Source of the DNA: Squatina squatina
Lineage: Eukaryota
NCBI GenBank assembly: GCA_031763465.1
Contig: JARFOE010000013.1
Coordinates: forward strand, 14,610,620 to 14,646,388
Reading direction: 5' to 3'
DNA length: 35,769 nucleotides
Both the position numbers and the translations under genes were made by a program. Below the pieces are notes generated by a model. That model saw only the letters and a list, made by a program, of their open reading frames with translations, was not told the DNA's origin and did not search any database. Below, piece by piece: positions 12,919 through 25,082 of the stretch. Position 1 is the first letter of the stretch. Each line of letters begins with the position of its first letter.

Positions 12919-13599
12919 CCACTGAACAAGTTAACTATGGCAGTCTTCGGAAATCATACACCTTACGACGCATAAAAAGGAACGCTTCAGAATCAAAGAA
13001 ACGTAGTAACTAATATTTGTTTATCTTTCATTCAAGAATCATACAGGATACTGCAAGGCATAAGGAAAGGTCATTTATGAAACAAAATTACTTTTAAAAA
13101 TTAGCAAAAGTGCAATATTGCCTGGTGTTGAAAAACATACATCTGCAACAGCGAAGATGCATTAAGTGTTAAGGTGTTTCTTTTATTCTAGCATGTCTAA
13201 AAAGGTACATATTGTCTGAGGATTAGTTCCTACCTCGCGTCATTCCTAGCTTGAGACTATATGCGATGGAAAAAGGCTAAAGTAGGAGGCAAGATTCTAA
13301 AAGGATCCTTCATAGCCCTTGAGAAANNNNNNNNNNNNNNNNNNNNNNNNNNNNNNNNNNNNNNNNNNNNNNNNNNNNNNNNNNNNNNNNNNNNNNNNNN
13401 NNNNNNNNNNNNNNNNNNNNNNNNNNTCTTCATTCACTGCAATACATAGAAAGGCTTCTAGGTAAAACCACTGAATATTAATTGGGCTGTGCAGCAAATT
13501 TCAACTTATGGTGCATAGTAGTTCTGATAACAGCAGTTAGCAAAGTCCTTCCATACGGAATCTTCTAATATGTTGCTAGGGTACCATTTCTCAAGTGCC

Positions 13600-13910
13600 A
13601 GACACTCTCCATTAACTTGGCCAAATTGCTATTTCTCATACGTGAGTGTTGACAGGCTACTTAAACATAGATGGCAACACATCCAAGCTGATCATGGCTG
13701 CACTTGACATCCACATGTGCACACCTTCCAGCAGGGATCACTGGATAGTGACCAGCAATGAGATCCTCAGCCCATATTCCACACCCAGGGGCGCTGGCAA
13801 AAATTGCATTGCACTTTCTGCTGCTCCGGCTGGATTCAGCCACTTCAGCACAAGTGGGGATCATATCCTTGGGGCATTCTTGGTCTGTATGGCTCAGCAT
13901 TGGATAAACT
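13600..13910 (-). mobile_element. Old SINE-like repeat, third family
   Basis: Minus CTGAGCCATACAGACCA...TGTGCTGA...GCCCCTGGG...CTATCCAGTGATCCCTGCTGGAAGG; loosely similar to 11030-11285. Confidence 0.45.
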
Positions 13911-15327
13911 CCAAACTTGTACTATCCTTTCAAGGACTCCATGAAGTTATGACATCTTCTGCTGCATACTGAAGAACAATAAATACACTGAGGAACTTCA
14001 TTGTTGGTCGGGACTTAGCTGTAGTGAGGAATTCAGATCCTTTGACTTGTTTATACCCCCGCTTTTGGAATTTATCGTTATTATCTATTTCTTCATCTGT
14101 GCAACACTCCCTAACCAAAAGGCCCATCACTGCCACGCCTCAACTAACAGTGGGGAAATGCACAGGAGGGGCGTGAGATAGGTCAGTCTGTAAGTTTTCC
14201 TCCTCCTTCAGAAGTAACTCGGGGTCACTCAATGTGTAGCTCAGATGGGGAAGACACGTGTGCTGCTATGCTGGCACAACACATCTCTCCCACCAGGTTG
14301 TTGAAATCTGTGGTACAACTTATGTTTTAGCAAAGCCTTCAGTTGGTGGTTAACAATTAGCACACTCAGGAAAATTGACGAAAAAAGGTACTAGAAATTT
14401 ACTGTGGCGAAATATGTCAGTCATTAGAAATGAAAGGTTGACTTTCCTGGGAGCATTGTACAGGCACTGGACAGGACCAAATTCAGCTGCTCCTGTCCAG
14501 GGCTAGGAATGTTCATATTTCTGTCCATGGTCATTAACCTGGCCCAAGGCAGAGGCCAACCGTCAGCAGGGCCAAGCGCTGGCAATATGAGTAGAAGATT
14601 TAAGTAAAGCGGCAGGCCTCTCAGACTGGAGACTTCTGGCTACTGCTGGAAAAATCAGCAGCCAGAAAATCCCAATTGCCTCTAGACACCATGAGAGGAG
14701 TTTAAAATATTACTTATCCTATGTTGAGGACCCGCCGACCAGTTGGCAGCAATTTGGAGGCACGCCAAAGCACCATGCTTCACTTGGCGCCCTATCGCTG
14801 GAGCAATCAGCAAACATTCCCACCTCATTAACATAACTGGGATGAGACTGCCGAGGGATGTCGAAACCCTGGAAATTCTGGGGCAATTTAAAATTTGGTA
14901 AAATAGGTCGCTAACCCTTTTTCCTGACCTTAGCCCCCTGGGAAATGGTCATTCTGGAGGGGAGCGGGCATGAGTCAAGAAAATTGGCCTTGAAATTTCT
15001 GTGAACTTCACAGAATGAAAATAAGAACTGGCAGTTGGGCTGTACTTTGGAGTATTTTAAGACTTTTACTCATCAGACATCTGAAACATCTGACAAACTG
15101 AACAGCTGAAAATGCACAGCATCTTCAAACATTTCTCATAAGAAATTTGACTCTTCAGAACTCTCTCGGCTGGGTTCTGTGACAGGCTTGCAAACAATTC
15201 ACTAGTTAATTATTCTGTGTTTTAATTAGGGATGGAGAAGGCATCACGACAGTGATACTGCAGCAATTTAGACCTCTGGGACTCTCTGCACCACGACGTT
15301 AAACTGCATTTTATAGCTTTTTCTTAC

Positions 15328-15425
15328 CCAGTCATTCTGTTGCTAATGATTTTCACATTAACGGTTGGCTCACCCATAGCAGAAAAGGCTTGCTTGATAA
15401 ACGTCTCATCCATGTACTGTTCCAG
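15328..15425 (-). CDS. tRNA selenocysteine 1-associated protein 1 (SECp43)-like, second coding exon, RRM1 (98 nt)
   Basis: cctttttag|CTG...ACT GG|gtaaga; [33 protein letters not shown] versus recalled human TRNAU1AP [33 protein letters not shown]. Symbol withheld because it is probably a paralog. Not in ORF track. Confidence 0.88.
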
Positions 15426-15724
15426 CTAAAAAGGAGGAACGGAAAGTGAGAAATTAATTTCCTAATGTCCACAAGAGTTTGAGGTATATACCAACAGATG
15501 CTTGAAGTCATTTTTTTTTCAAAATACACGAAGGAGCTGCTGTTTCAGAAATTAAAATGTGCGGACTATTTTACCAGTGAATAATTAAAGGGAATCCCAG
15601 GTAGTTACTTTTAAAAGATATTCGGACAAATTTTAATGCATAGTTATCTTAACTTTCTACATACCAGAGGAAGCTCAGAATTGTGGAAACAGCTTAAATC
15701 AGAGACATGCTGCATGGACTGGTA

Positions 15725-16330
15725 CAGCAACAACTTACATTTTTATAGAAGCTCTCGCATAGGGGAAGGTCTTAGACCATTTTACAAGGAACATCCAGAT
15801 GTCGAGCAAATTGCAAGAAAGGGGGAGGGAATCCAATGCACATGCTAATAGGTTTTGAAGAGGCTTTTGAACAAAGGGAGGGGTAGACAGCCAAGTTGCT
15901 CATGCAGAATTACAAACAGCAGGGACATATATCTAAAAGAATATTGGAATAAGAATAAGAATAAGTGGAAAAAGCATTAATGATATGCAGCTAGACAGGT
16001 TTGTTCAGATTAGGTGTTGCCAAAGCATTTGAGTGAACTGAACCTGCAAATACGGAACTTTAAAGTCAATCCACTGGTGACCAGAGAGCCAGTGGAGTGA
16101 AGTTGGGAATGTGGGCTTTGTGTGAGAGATGACTGAACAATTGAGTTCTGAATTCACTGGGGTTTAATGAAGTTTAGTGAGGCCAGCAATCAATTATAAG
16201 GGTGATGTAAGCATAGGCTAGCGTTTTGCCTGTGAGGGGGAAAGAGGTAGGGGTGCAGGTAGACAATATTCAAGAGTTGAAAAAATGCAGTCTGGGCAAC
16301 TGGCTGGATGTTGGATCAGGAAGATATTGC
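15725..16330 (-). mobile_element. Degenerate L2-type LINE
   Basis: Starts with CAACAACTTACATTTTTATAG tail, then purine-rich AGGTTTTGAAGAGGCTTTTGAA typical of antisense L2; right boundary approximate. Confidence 0.5.
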
Positions 16331-19328
16331 AGGGTTCAGTGGAATATTGCCCACTACCTGGTTCAACCTGAGTGGGCAACCGGGCAGAATGATGGGGCCG
16401 AGGCATGTATGACTGGTGAATTATAAATGTTCACATTAGTCTACGAAGAATGTGCTCTCTGAAGAGGATACATTATTAATCAATAGTACCTGTGGTATAA
16501 ACATTAAAAAGGACACAAAAAGGCAAGTCGAGGAAACAGTGGACAAGTTGGCTGGATGACTTGCTGCTCAGTTTTAACCATTCTCCATTCAAATCCGCAG
16601 CAGTTATCTACTTCAGTTATAGTGAGTCTCACATTAATTATGCTCTTTTATTGATTGAAAAACTGCCACAACATTTAGGTCGTCTGTAGAGCTTCCCCTT
16701 TTTATTACTAATAGAGAATTCACTAAAAAATGACAAGAGATTGGATATACCATGACAACTGCATGTCTAATGTAAGTTTAGCCCATTATGATGGTGTTCA
16801 CTGCGCAATGACCATCATGAGTGCTGACATTTAAGTCCACTAAAGGCCCTTTTTCAATGCACAAGACTGCACTGTGTGTGGAGAACTCCAAACCTGTGCT
16901 TTCCACATTATAGCTCCTGCACGGGAGTATAAGGAGCGGGCGCGGTGTCACAGGAAGGGANNNNNNNNNNNNNNNNNNNNNNNNNNNNNNNNNNNNNNNN
17001 NNNNNNNNNNNNNNNNNNNNNNNNNNNNNNNNNNNNNNNNNNNNNNNNNNNNNNNNNNNNNNNNNNNNNNNNNNNNNNNNNNNNNNNNNNNNNNNNNNNN
17101 NNNNNNNNNNNNNNNNNNNNNNNNNNNNNNNNNNNNNNNNNNNNNNNNNNNNNNNNNNNNNNNNNNNNNNNNNNNNNNNNNNNNNNNNNNNNNNNNNNNN
17201 NNNNNNNNNNNNNNNNNNNNNNNNNNNNNNNNNNNNNNNNNNNNNNNNNNNNNNNNNNNNNNNNNNNNNNNNNNNNNNNNNNNNNNNNNNNNNNNNNNNN
17301 NNNNNNNNNNNNNNNNNNNNNNNNNNNNNNNNNNNNNNNNNNNNNNNNNNNNNNNNNNNNNNNNNNNNNNNNNNNNNNNNNNNNNNNNNNNNNNNNNNNN
17401 NNNNNNNNNNNNNNNNNNNNNNNNNNNNNNNNNNNNNNNNNNNNNNNNNNNNNNNNNNNNNNNNNNNNNNNNNNNNNNNNNNNNNNNNNNNNNNNNNNNN
17501 NNNNNNNNNNNNNNNNNNNNNNNNNNNNNNNNNNNNNNNNNNNNNNNNNNNNNNNNNNNNNNNNNNNNNNNNNNNNNNNNNNNNNNNNNNNNNNNNNNNN
17601 NNNNNNNNNNNNNNNNNNNNNNNNNNNNNNNNNNNNNNNNNNNNNNNNNNNNNNNNNNNNNNNNNNNNNNNNNNNTGATATTGAGCATGAGGAGAGCCTG
17701 TGGTGAAAATAACTTTCAGATACTGGATTTGTTCAAAATGTAAACTGCAATTGTTGGGTAAACATTTGAAAATTTACAAAAGCAACAGGCAGTAAACAGC
17801 TTAAACGTAGTATGACTTGTTTAGAAATATTTTACATTAATTTGTGGGTATTTTAAGAAAAATAGCTCCTACCAATAGATCCATGTGTAAATGTAACTTG
17901 AGTCTTAGTCACTGCATATCAAGACTGAACTGGAACTAATCTATAATCTATGTTTCACTTTGGGAATTGAACACAAGCTTTCCAAGTCTAAACATTCAAG
18001 TTTTTTCTGCAGACAGTACAATTAAACAAGGAGTTACTGCAGATTTGCAATTGTTACTCAAGAGTGAAAACCTTATTGGTGATGCCTTACATTCTCCACT
18101 TCACGTAATGCCTTTGAACTAATCTCAATGTATTGGGAGACTAAGGTTAAGCATGTGCTAATATGCTGATATCTTTGAGCAGTTGAAACTATTCTAAACA
18201 GCTGCAGATTTGGAGTCATTGAGCTTTAAGCTACTAGCTGCCCAGTAGACTTCAGGATGGAAATTCTCATCATATTGGTGTTCCTAATAGTTATTGCAAT
18301 GACAGTTATCGTTTTGCGTCCCTGTATTTTCCATTTCCTGTGTAAATAGGCAGTAGGCTGGAACGAGAACTCTCTTTTCAACCTCCATGCACTGAAAACG
18401 CTAGTCCCCTGCATCCTTAGAAGTTCTACTCAGTTCCACAGGCGTGAAGACAACAAAGATAGATTAAATTTCCCCATAAAGCAATTCCCCTTTTCTCAAA
18501 CAAGAAAATAGTGCAACATTTCAATTTTTCACAAACAAGTTAAATCATTGCATTTTTTTCTTCCACCTTTTTGTCTTGGCACTCAAAAGGAATTTCAATT
18601 TTTTGTTTGAAAATATCACAAAACTGGCCAAAAACGTACAGTTATTAAACACCTTAAGCATCCATCTTGGGCAATTCAGTTACTACAAAAAAATCTACAA
18701 GCCAACAGCAGAAATTCTGTGTTAAGTATCTTTAAAATTAAATAATCCAGATAAAAAACTGTTTGCCAAACGCTGCTAGTTTGCCAAAGTGGAAGTTATA
18801 TTGTTAGAATCAACATATCATGCACTCCCTCAAAGAAAACAAACAGAACGTTTTGTTTGGTTTTACTAAACTGTACCAATTTGCACTAAATAACATCTTG
18901 TGCCACAGGAGTGCAGCCCAGTGGTGCCACACCTGTTTCAGTTCAAGCAGCCACAGAGCCAGTCAAACTACAGAAACATGTTAGGTGCAAGTTGTTGCTG
19001 ATGTTCCTGTTAAATACCACTGCTGGAGCCACCTTCCTGTTGGTGAACATTTGCTCAACTGGTTACGCTAAGGAATGCCAGTAAGCGGAGCGGCAAATTT
19101 CAAAATGGCAGATTGTGAAACGCTCACTTGACGGCCACTAACTGACATCACGAGCTGCATAATTTTTGCAAGCGCGGACATGGCAGAGCTCCTGCCCAGC
19201 CAAAAATGGTGGCTGCTGCGGGACCCGCNNNNNNNNNNNNNNNNNNNNNNNNNNNNNNNNNNNNNNNNNNNNNNNNNNNNNNNNNNNNNNNNNNNNNNNN
19301 NNNNNNNNNNNNNNNNNNNNNNNNNNNN

Positions 19329-19846
19329 CTAGACTGTTCCACTGAATACACTGTTCCACTGTCTTCACTGTTCTGCTGAAAATGGTGTCCGCTGCCCCCG
19401 TGTGCAGAAGGAGCCGTGTTGTGCTGGTGATGGAAAAAAGCTGACCCTGGGTAGTGACCCATGACCTCGCTGTACGTGGGCGGTGGTCCTTCCATCCTCC
19501 CATTACTGCTATAATTGGTTGCGCTGATGCCTGAATTGCTGCTTGGTGGGCGCGGTCCTCCATTATACATAGAGACATCGATCAAGTCACTATCAAAGAT
19601 GGTTCTGTTGGGTGGAGCCCTGACGGACTCACGGTTGAGCTCCATTTGCTGTTCTGGATCTCGAAGTTGCAATGTGCACAGCCCCTGATATGGAGGAGGT
19701 TCCTCTCCATCTGACAGTGAAATGGTGGGAGGAAGATCAATCTCATGTTGCATGTAAGGGTACGTGGGTTGGAAGCGGCTAAAGCGTTCCCTCTGCATGA
19801 ACGATGGGGCTGAAAATCTGTCCCTTGATCTTGGAGTATACATCAA
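19329..19846 (-). CDS. LDLRAD4: LDLRAD4 last coding exon (stop codon lost in gap)
   Basis: ctttcag|TTG; [28 protein letters not shown], Smad-interacting [17 protein letters not shown] motifs at 19688-19699 and within 19472-19486. [16 protein letters not shown] and adjacency to CEP192 favour LDLRAD4 over PMEPA1. Confidence 0.95.
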
Positions 19847-20885
19847 CTGAAAGCAAAAAAAAATTTAGGATTGTATTTGTACTGAGATAATAAGTGATGA
19901 TTATGATGTTACTTAAAATTACAGTAAGCATTTTAAAAGCAGACTTCAGGAATGTNNNNNNNNNNNNNNNNNNNNNNNNNNNNNNNNNNNNNNNNNNNNN
20001 NNNNNNNNNNNNNNNNNNNNNNNNNNNNNNNNNNNNNNNNNNNNNNNNNNNNNNNNNNNNNNNNNNNNNNNNNNNNNNNNNNNNNNNNNNNNNNNNNNNN
20101 NNNNNNNNNNNNNNNNNNNNNNNNNNNNNNNNNNNNNNNNNNNNNNNNNNNNNNNNNNNNNNNNNNNNNNNNNNNNNNNNNNNNNNNNNNNNNNNNNNNN
20201 NNNNNNNNNNNNNNNNNNNNNNNNNNNNNNNNNNNNNNNNNNNNNNNNNNNNNNNNNNNNNNNNNNNNNNNNNNNNNNNNNNNNNNNNNNNNNNNNNNNN
20301 NNNNNNNNNNNNNNNNNNNNNNNNNNNNNNNNNNNNNNNNNNNNNNNNNNNNNNNNNNNNNNNNNNNNNNNNNNNNNNNNNNNNNNNNNNNNNNNNNNNN
20401 NNNNNNNNNNNNNNNNNNNNNNNNNNNNNNNNNNNNNNNNNNNNNNNNNNNNNNNNNNNNNNNNNNNNNNNNNNNNNNNNNNNNNNNNNNNNNNNNNNNN
20501 NNNNNNNNNNNNNNNNNNNNNNNNNNNNNNNNNNNNNNNNNNNNNNNNNNNNNNNNNNNNNNNNNNNNNNNNNNNNNNNNNNNNNNNNNNNNNNNNNNNN
20601 NNNNNNNNNNNNNNNNNNNNNNNNNNNNNNNNNNNNNNNNNNNNNNNNNNNNNNNNNNNNNNNNNNNNNNNNNNNNNNNNNNNNNNNNNNNNNNNNNNNN
20701 NNNNNNNNNNNNNNNNNNNNNNNNNNNNNNNNNNNNNNNNNNNNNNNNNNNNNNNNNNNNNNNNNNNNNNNNNNNNNNNNNNNNNNNNNNNNNNNNNNNN
20801 NNNNNNNNNNNNNNNNNNNNNNNNNNNNNNNNNNNNNNNNNNNNNNNNNNNNNNNNNNNNNNNNNNNNNNNNNNNNNNNNNNNNN

Positions 20886-21213
20886 CCTGAACTCTCCTCT
20901 CCCCGCCCCCCCACCAAATAAAGCAGCCGGGCAACCTGACGGGTCCTAGGTCTCTAACAGCCCCGCTCCCTCCACTGCGCAACTTTTCCAGAACTTTCTG
21001 GCACATAAATCAGTACTGCCCGCAGTAATGGGATTTTGGCTCGATTCGACCCAGCGGCGGTTTCAACTTGCCAACAATAATGATCCAAAATGATCCCATA
21101 CAACTGGTTCGGGAAAAGTTCAAGCAACGAATAATAACACATTATTTTGCGGATCCCCTGGAAAGGCTCTTCGGACCCCCAGGGTTCTGCAGACACCAGT
21201 TTGAGAACCACTG
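20886..21213 (-). mobile_element. hAT (Charlie-type) MITE end
   Basis: Minus strand from 21213 reads CAGTGGTTCTCAAAC...CCCTGGGGGTCCG...TTTCCAGGGG, homologous to the start at 34333; other end probably in the gap. Confidence 0.65.
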
Positions 21214-21585
21214 AGATATAGGACTTAGAATTAACTAACCCCCCTGGGCCATTTAGTAATCATAGCTATAATAAATGAGAACTGGGCAGGAAATGCCGTG
21301 CTTTGATCTATAAAACAGCTTGGGTTTGCAAACATGGAAAATGGAAGGAGCCAGTCATTCATATACAAACAGGTTGGGGTTTGTAGATCTAGTTTTAGAC
21401 TGGGGAACAGGTGGTCATCCCACCCTTGCTGGTATATTTTGTATGATCATATTTAAACGGCATCATTACTCTTCCATTTTCTGATGGTTTGCACATTTCA
21501 GACAAGAGAGAGAACTGTTTCATAGTATTGAAGTACAACTTTATGTTTATGGAATATACAGCTGGAATATACAGCTGGAACATAC

Positions 21586-21639
21586 CTCTGAAGCACCGTG
21601 ATGAGATACTGTGCTATCTGATGGGCACAGGCACCCTTC
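21586..21639 (-). CDS. LDLRAD4: LDLRAD4 54-nt exon
   Basis: caatag|GAA...GAG|gtatgt; EGCLCPSDSTVSHHGASE, phase 0/0. Not in ORF track. Confidence 0.9.
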
Positions 21640-22102
21640 CTATTGAAAAGAAGCAATCGTTATATAAATAGTACACTACTGATTAACAGTTCACTAAACA
21701 ACATGTACAAAACAAAAAGCAGTTTAAACTCTTCTGCCCACACAGTTTAAAGTTCAACTGGTTCTACAGTGGGTGGCAGGATTCTGCTGTGCTAATACCA
21801 GCATTATNNNNNNNNNNNNNNNNNNNNNNNNNNNNNNNNNNNNNNNNNNNNNNNNNNNNNNNNNNNNNNNNNNNNNNNNNNNNNNNNNNNNNNNNNNNNN
21901 NNNNNNNCTGGGACATGCACTAAAAAAACGGGACGTCTGGGCACTAATAACAGGGGAATGAGGAAGTTTAGGAACAAAAGTCAGCATATATTTCAAAGAT
22001 CCTTTGTAATGATCTGTAACTGTGTTTACAATATATATTTCTACACTTCTTTCTGTAAAAATAGTTTCACTTTTAACAGCAATTGCACAGCGTTGAACTT
22101 AC

Positions 22103-22257
22103 TGGCTGCAAAGCTTCCTCTTGCCGTCTACCTTGACTTTGTCGGTTGATGAAGGACCGTGTTAAAAGTTTGTAGTGGTTCAGCAAGCAAATGATCACAA
22201 CCACCATCACGGTCATTACCACAACAATGATGATTATCTTGACAAATTCTTGTTCGG
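22103..22257 (-). CDS. LDLRAD4: LDLRAD4 transmembrane exon (155 nt)
   Basis: gtttcag|CC GAA...CCA|gtaagt; [51 protein letters not shown]. Confidence 0.95.
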
Positions 22258-22493
22258 CTGAAACGACAAAGAGGGGAAGAANNNNNNNNNNGATCACACT
22301 TAAAACAAATGCAGATGTTTATGATTAGCAGCCATCCTTGAAAATGACTTCTTTGACAGCATTGACAGTTAGGTGTTAAAGTCCAATAAACTCCTGATTC
22401 TAGCTAGTCTTGAAACAAATCAAACCTAGACAATTACTGTGAAAATTGCTCCTCTGCTGAACTGATCTTGCAATAATATTAAAAATGAGGTAC

Positions 22494-22554
22494 CTTTTTC
22501 CCAAATCCAGTCATTTGACTGTAATGTGGTGGCATTCAACTCATCACTCTGCAT
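22494..22554 (-). CDS. LDLRAD4: Candidate alternative first coding exon of LDLRAD4
   Basis: ATG at 22554; MQSDELNATTLQSNDWIWEK + G|gtacct; phase 1 joins the TM exon in frame (G+CC=Ala); contains an N-A-T sequon. Confidence 0.6.
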
Positions 22555-23702
22555 AATCAGCGATGCACATCCAGCTGCACTTGAACATGTTATATTACCG
22601 GAGGTAAGCANNNNNNNNNNNNNNNNNNNNNNNNNNNNNNNNNNNNNNNNNNNNNNNNNNNNNNNNNNNNNNNNNNNNNNNNNNNNNNNNNNNNNNNNNN
22701 NNNNNNNNNNCAACACGCTCATCCCTGCCACTCAAGTATCACCAGCCCCACCTGCGGCCGTATTGGACTATTTAGCCACGTCAGAACCCACAACTCCGGA
22801 GTGGAAGCAAGTCATCCTCGAACCTAAGAAGAGAAATACTATACTTGGATATCTTTATATTAAAAAGCAAAACTGTTGTAAACAACACAAGTTGAAAAAT
22901 ATGAGTCCATTCCTTCAATTATTCTACCTGATGAACAGTATAACTTCGCAATGTCCTCAATCTAATTAAACCATGGAATCAGCTGTTCATCTCACACAAA
23001 GAACATTTTGGTTGCCCAAACCCATCTGAACATTTATGAGTTAGTCTTCATCTTTGCTGATTAACTATCTAATTTTAATCTCACACTCATGGGAAAATAG
23101 CGATTCCATTAGGCATTTCACTGCAATCCAAATAATTATCCAAGAGCTACAGTTCACAGAAATATTGACATCTATTTACTCTGAAACTGGATATGCAGTG
23201 GGAGGCTTTCTTGAGCTTTATTTAGGCTTGGCTACTACACAATGACAAAGTAAAGCTGTGCAGCCCCAGAAGGCTGATGTATTGGCTAGACAGTCAGGTA
23301 TTAGATACTCAAGCTGTCTGGATGCTATGAAAATCTAATTGTGTTAGTGACTGCTGCTGATGTGACAAGGCAGTCCAAGGCTCATTTTCATTCCCAAGAC
23401 CATGTTTGTATTAGTCTTTCTGAGTGGCTGGCATATTTGTCGGCTCAAACTCATCCAAGATAAGCTATTTCCTGTTATCTATAGCATTTCACCAGGCAGT
23501 GCAACGAAAGGATAAGCATAACCTAATAGCCTATGCAGGCATGAAATCTTGNNNNNNNNNNNNNNNNNNNNNNNNNNNNNNNNNNNNNNNNNNNNNNNNN
23601 NNNNNNNNNNNNNNNNNNNNNNNNNNNNNNNNNNNNNNNNNNNNNNNNNNNTCTCGTGTTGCATTAAGGATTTATATTCATGAAATATTCTGCGTTATAC
23701 CA

Positions 23703-23955
23703 CATGTAACCAGAGGTCATAGATTTAAAACAATCAGCAAACGAACTAGAGGGGAAATGTGAAAAAATATTTCACAGAGAGGGATGTTAAAATCTAGAAT
23801 GCGCTACACGAAAGGGTGGTGGAAGCAGATTCATAGGAACTTTCAAAAGGCAATTGGACATGTACTTGAAGAGGACTGATTTGGGGAAAAGCTAGGTTGC
23901 AGGACTAAATTGGATCGCTCTTTCAAAGAGCCAGCACACTTCTGTGCTGTAAGAT
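23703..23955 (+). mobile_element. CR1 LINE 3' fragment
   Basis: TRGHRFK motif, GGGTGGTGGAAGCAGATTC and GCTCTTTCAAAGAGCCAGCAC 3' sequence. Confidence 0.75.
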
Positions 23956-25082
23956 TCAATGTGCTAATCTCAGGTGTGGTTCATTTCTTCCACGATCATA
24001 ATGGCTTAAATTCGACTGAAAACATTTGCTGTGAGTTGAATAAACGTGTGAACGATAATCACAAAAAAAAACCTTCATGATACTGGAACAACATTTCATG
24101 CAGTTCAATGTTGCCACTGGGAACTTTTCAGTAAACCAACAATCACGATGATTCATCCAGATGTACAAGGACGGCTGATATGTGTCAGACGTCTTTTTAA
24201 AAACGTCAGAAATACCCTGAATCTTATGGTACTTAGGCTCTTTATAGACATTGAATGCATGCTATTCAGATGTTATTAAAGTCCCAGAAATCCCAATTCA
24301 CGTTTTAACATTTATAATAAAATACAAAAGATTTACTGACAATTCAATGAATGCATGAGGAACATTACAAAATAGCATTTCAGTTTCAGTTTTCTGGGTG
24401 GGGCAGGGATTGAAGAAATAGTCTATCATAATAGCAGCACAGATTACTAAAATCTACATAAAATAATATAAATATGTAGATTTTAGTTAAGTCATAGTTT
24501 ACATAAGTGCACAAATTAGTATTTGGCCAGATGAAAATGTTCCTTTGCAAATGCAATCCTATCTCATAATACCACTATCATCTTGAATTACCTACATTTC
24601 CAAATATCTTCTAATCTCTGACAAAGCCTGGGAATTAGGGTCATGCAAGAAACCAACACCAGACATGTCTAGACTCCTTGCATTTCCACTTTTGCATTCA
24701 ATTATTCGGCATGCATGTCGTTAGTCTGCCAAACCCAGACAAGCTTAGGCGGAAACACAGGTTTAAATTAATACTCGATACCTTTGAATTCAGTTACTTC
24801 AAAGTGAATTACTGCTGTTTATGGACAGGGATGATAATGAAAGCAAACATGACAATAGCTCAACTGGGGAAAGTAAAAGGCTTTCCACCAAACTTTCTCA
24901 AATCTGTGTGACAAACTCCATTCATCGTTTTTCTTTCGGTATTTAAATTCTTTGAAGCTGCAATATCTACTTTTCAATTTCAATTTAATATTACAATTGT
25001 AAAATCAAGCAGAGCAAGCACACTTGTGTACGTTCTTAATGATTTACATCGGCAATTAGATTAATGTAATATTTCCAAAACT

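Noticed and set aside
11589-19328. Loss of PSMG2, FAM210A, RNMT or melanocortin receptor genes, or of the LDLRAD4 LDLa exon
   Set aside because: Most exons of every gene are missing from this gapped scaffold, so absence is uninformative.
16874-21006. Long ORFs of 246-357 aa in the ORF track
   Set aside because: Almost entirely N-gap translation.
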